A DNA stretch of 63,214 bases, filler included, from Vermamoeba vermiformis (Eukaryota): the NCBI GenBank assembly GCA_045837725.1. It is 5 parts of 5 records of this genome, joined end to end, with 100 filler letters (N's around TTAATTAATTAA, not from the genome) between each part and the next. Parts side by side here need not be neighbours in the genome. Positions count along the whole stretch, not along the records: positions 56,022 to 63,214 come from JBEWZL010000185.1; 4 more parts are not named here. The stretch is one strand, 5' to 3'. Numbering within the stretch: position 1 is the first letter of the stretch; each line of letters opens with the position of its first letter. Below the pieces are notes generated by a model. That model made no database searches and had not been told where the DNA came from. It saw only the letters and a program-made list of their open reading frames with translations. Positions 62,934 through 63,214 of the stretch are shown piece by piece. Position numbers and translations under genes: made by a program.

Positions 62934-63017
62934 TTATGACCCAAAGTGGTCCCGTGTGGATAAGTGTCAGCGACTTTGCGGAGGAAAGGCCCGACCATGA
63001 CTTTGCAAAAATTTTTT

Positions 63018-63214
63018 GGGTTAGGGTTAGGGTTAGGGTTAGGGTTAGGGTTAGGGTTAGGGTTAGGGTTAGGGTTAGGGTTAGGGTTAGGGTTAGGGTT
63101 AGGGTTAGGGTTAGGGTTAGGGTTAGGGTTAGGGTTAGGGTTAGGGTTAGGGTTAGGGTTAGGGTTAGGGTTAGGGTTAGGGTTAGGGTTAGGGTTAGGG
63201 TTAGGGTTAGGGTT
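63018..63214 (+). repeat. Telomeric array (TTAGGG)n, chromosome end
   Basis: About 32 perfect TTAGGG units to the end of the window, G-rich strand running 5'->3' toward the end. Confidence 0.98.

Noticed and set aside
1-63214. Many short overlapping or antisense ORFs in the ORF track (e.g. 1055-1363, 9364-9777, 42121-42654, 50383-50652)
   Set aside because: Shadows of real spliced genes on the other strand or frame; no motifs.
1-63214. CRISPR arrays, rRNA/tRNA genes, prokaryotic operons, non-standard genetic code
   Set aside because: None seen by eye; TAA, TAG and TGA all end intact genes, and in-frame stops occur only in introns or decayed elements.

Overview
Eukaryotic, intron-rich DNA (short GT-AG introns, standard code) from a protist. 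The gene families suggest an amoebozoan, but this cannot be proven from the window. It comprises five contigs joined by 100-nt N gaps with an artificial TTAATTAATTAA linker and ends in a (TTAGGG)n telomere. Contig 1 (1-28976) is framed by an inverted duplication of a kinase 3' end and an F-box+SNF2 helicase gene. It also holds three class C GPCRs (two with a ProX/OpuAC-type ectodomain), a VAMP7 with a GPI-like tail, a GH43 hydrolase, LRR/F-box genes and a PA-domain membrane protein. Contig 2 has a decayed Ty3/Gypsy element, a pseudo-trypsin+Death-like gene and an LCAT/PLA2G15 gene. It also has the most striking feature: a ~7.07-kb DNA transposon with 35-bp TIRs (42233-49298). This element encodes a spliced USP-like peptidase-Sola-type transposase-chromodomain fusion, a BAH/SH3-like protein and an intronless NEIL1-like DNA glycosylase. 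Contig 3 has a bacterial-type trypsin+NucA/EndoG nuclease fusion with introns. The last contig holds orphan genes running into the telomere. All domain calls are motif recognition by eye; exon boundaries are manual and approximate.
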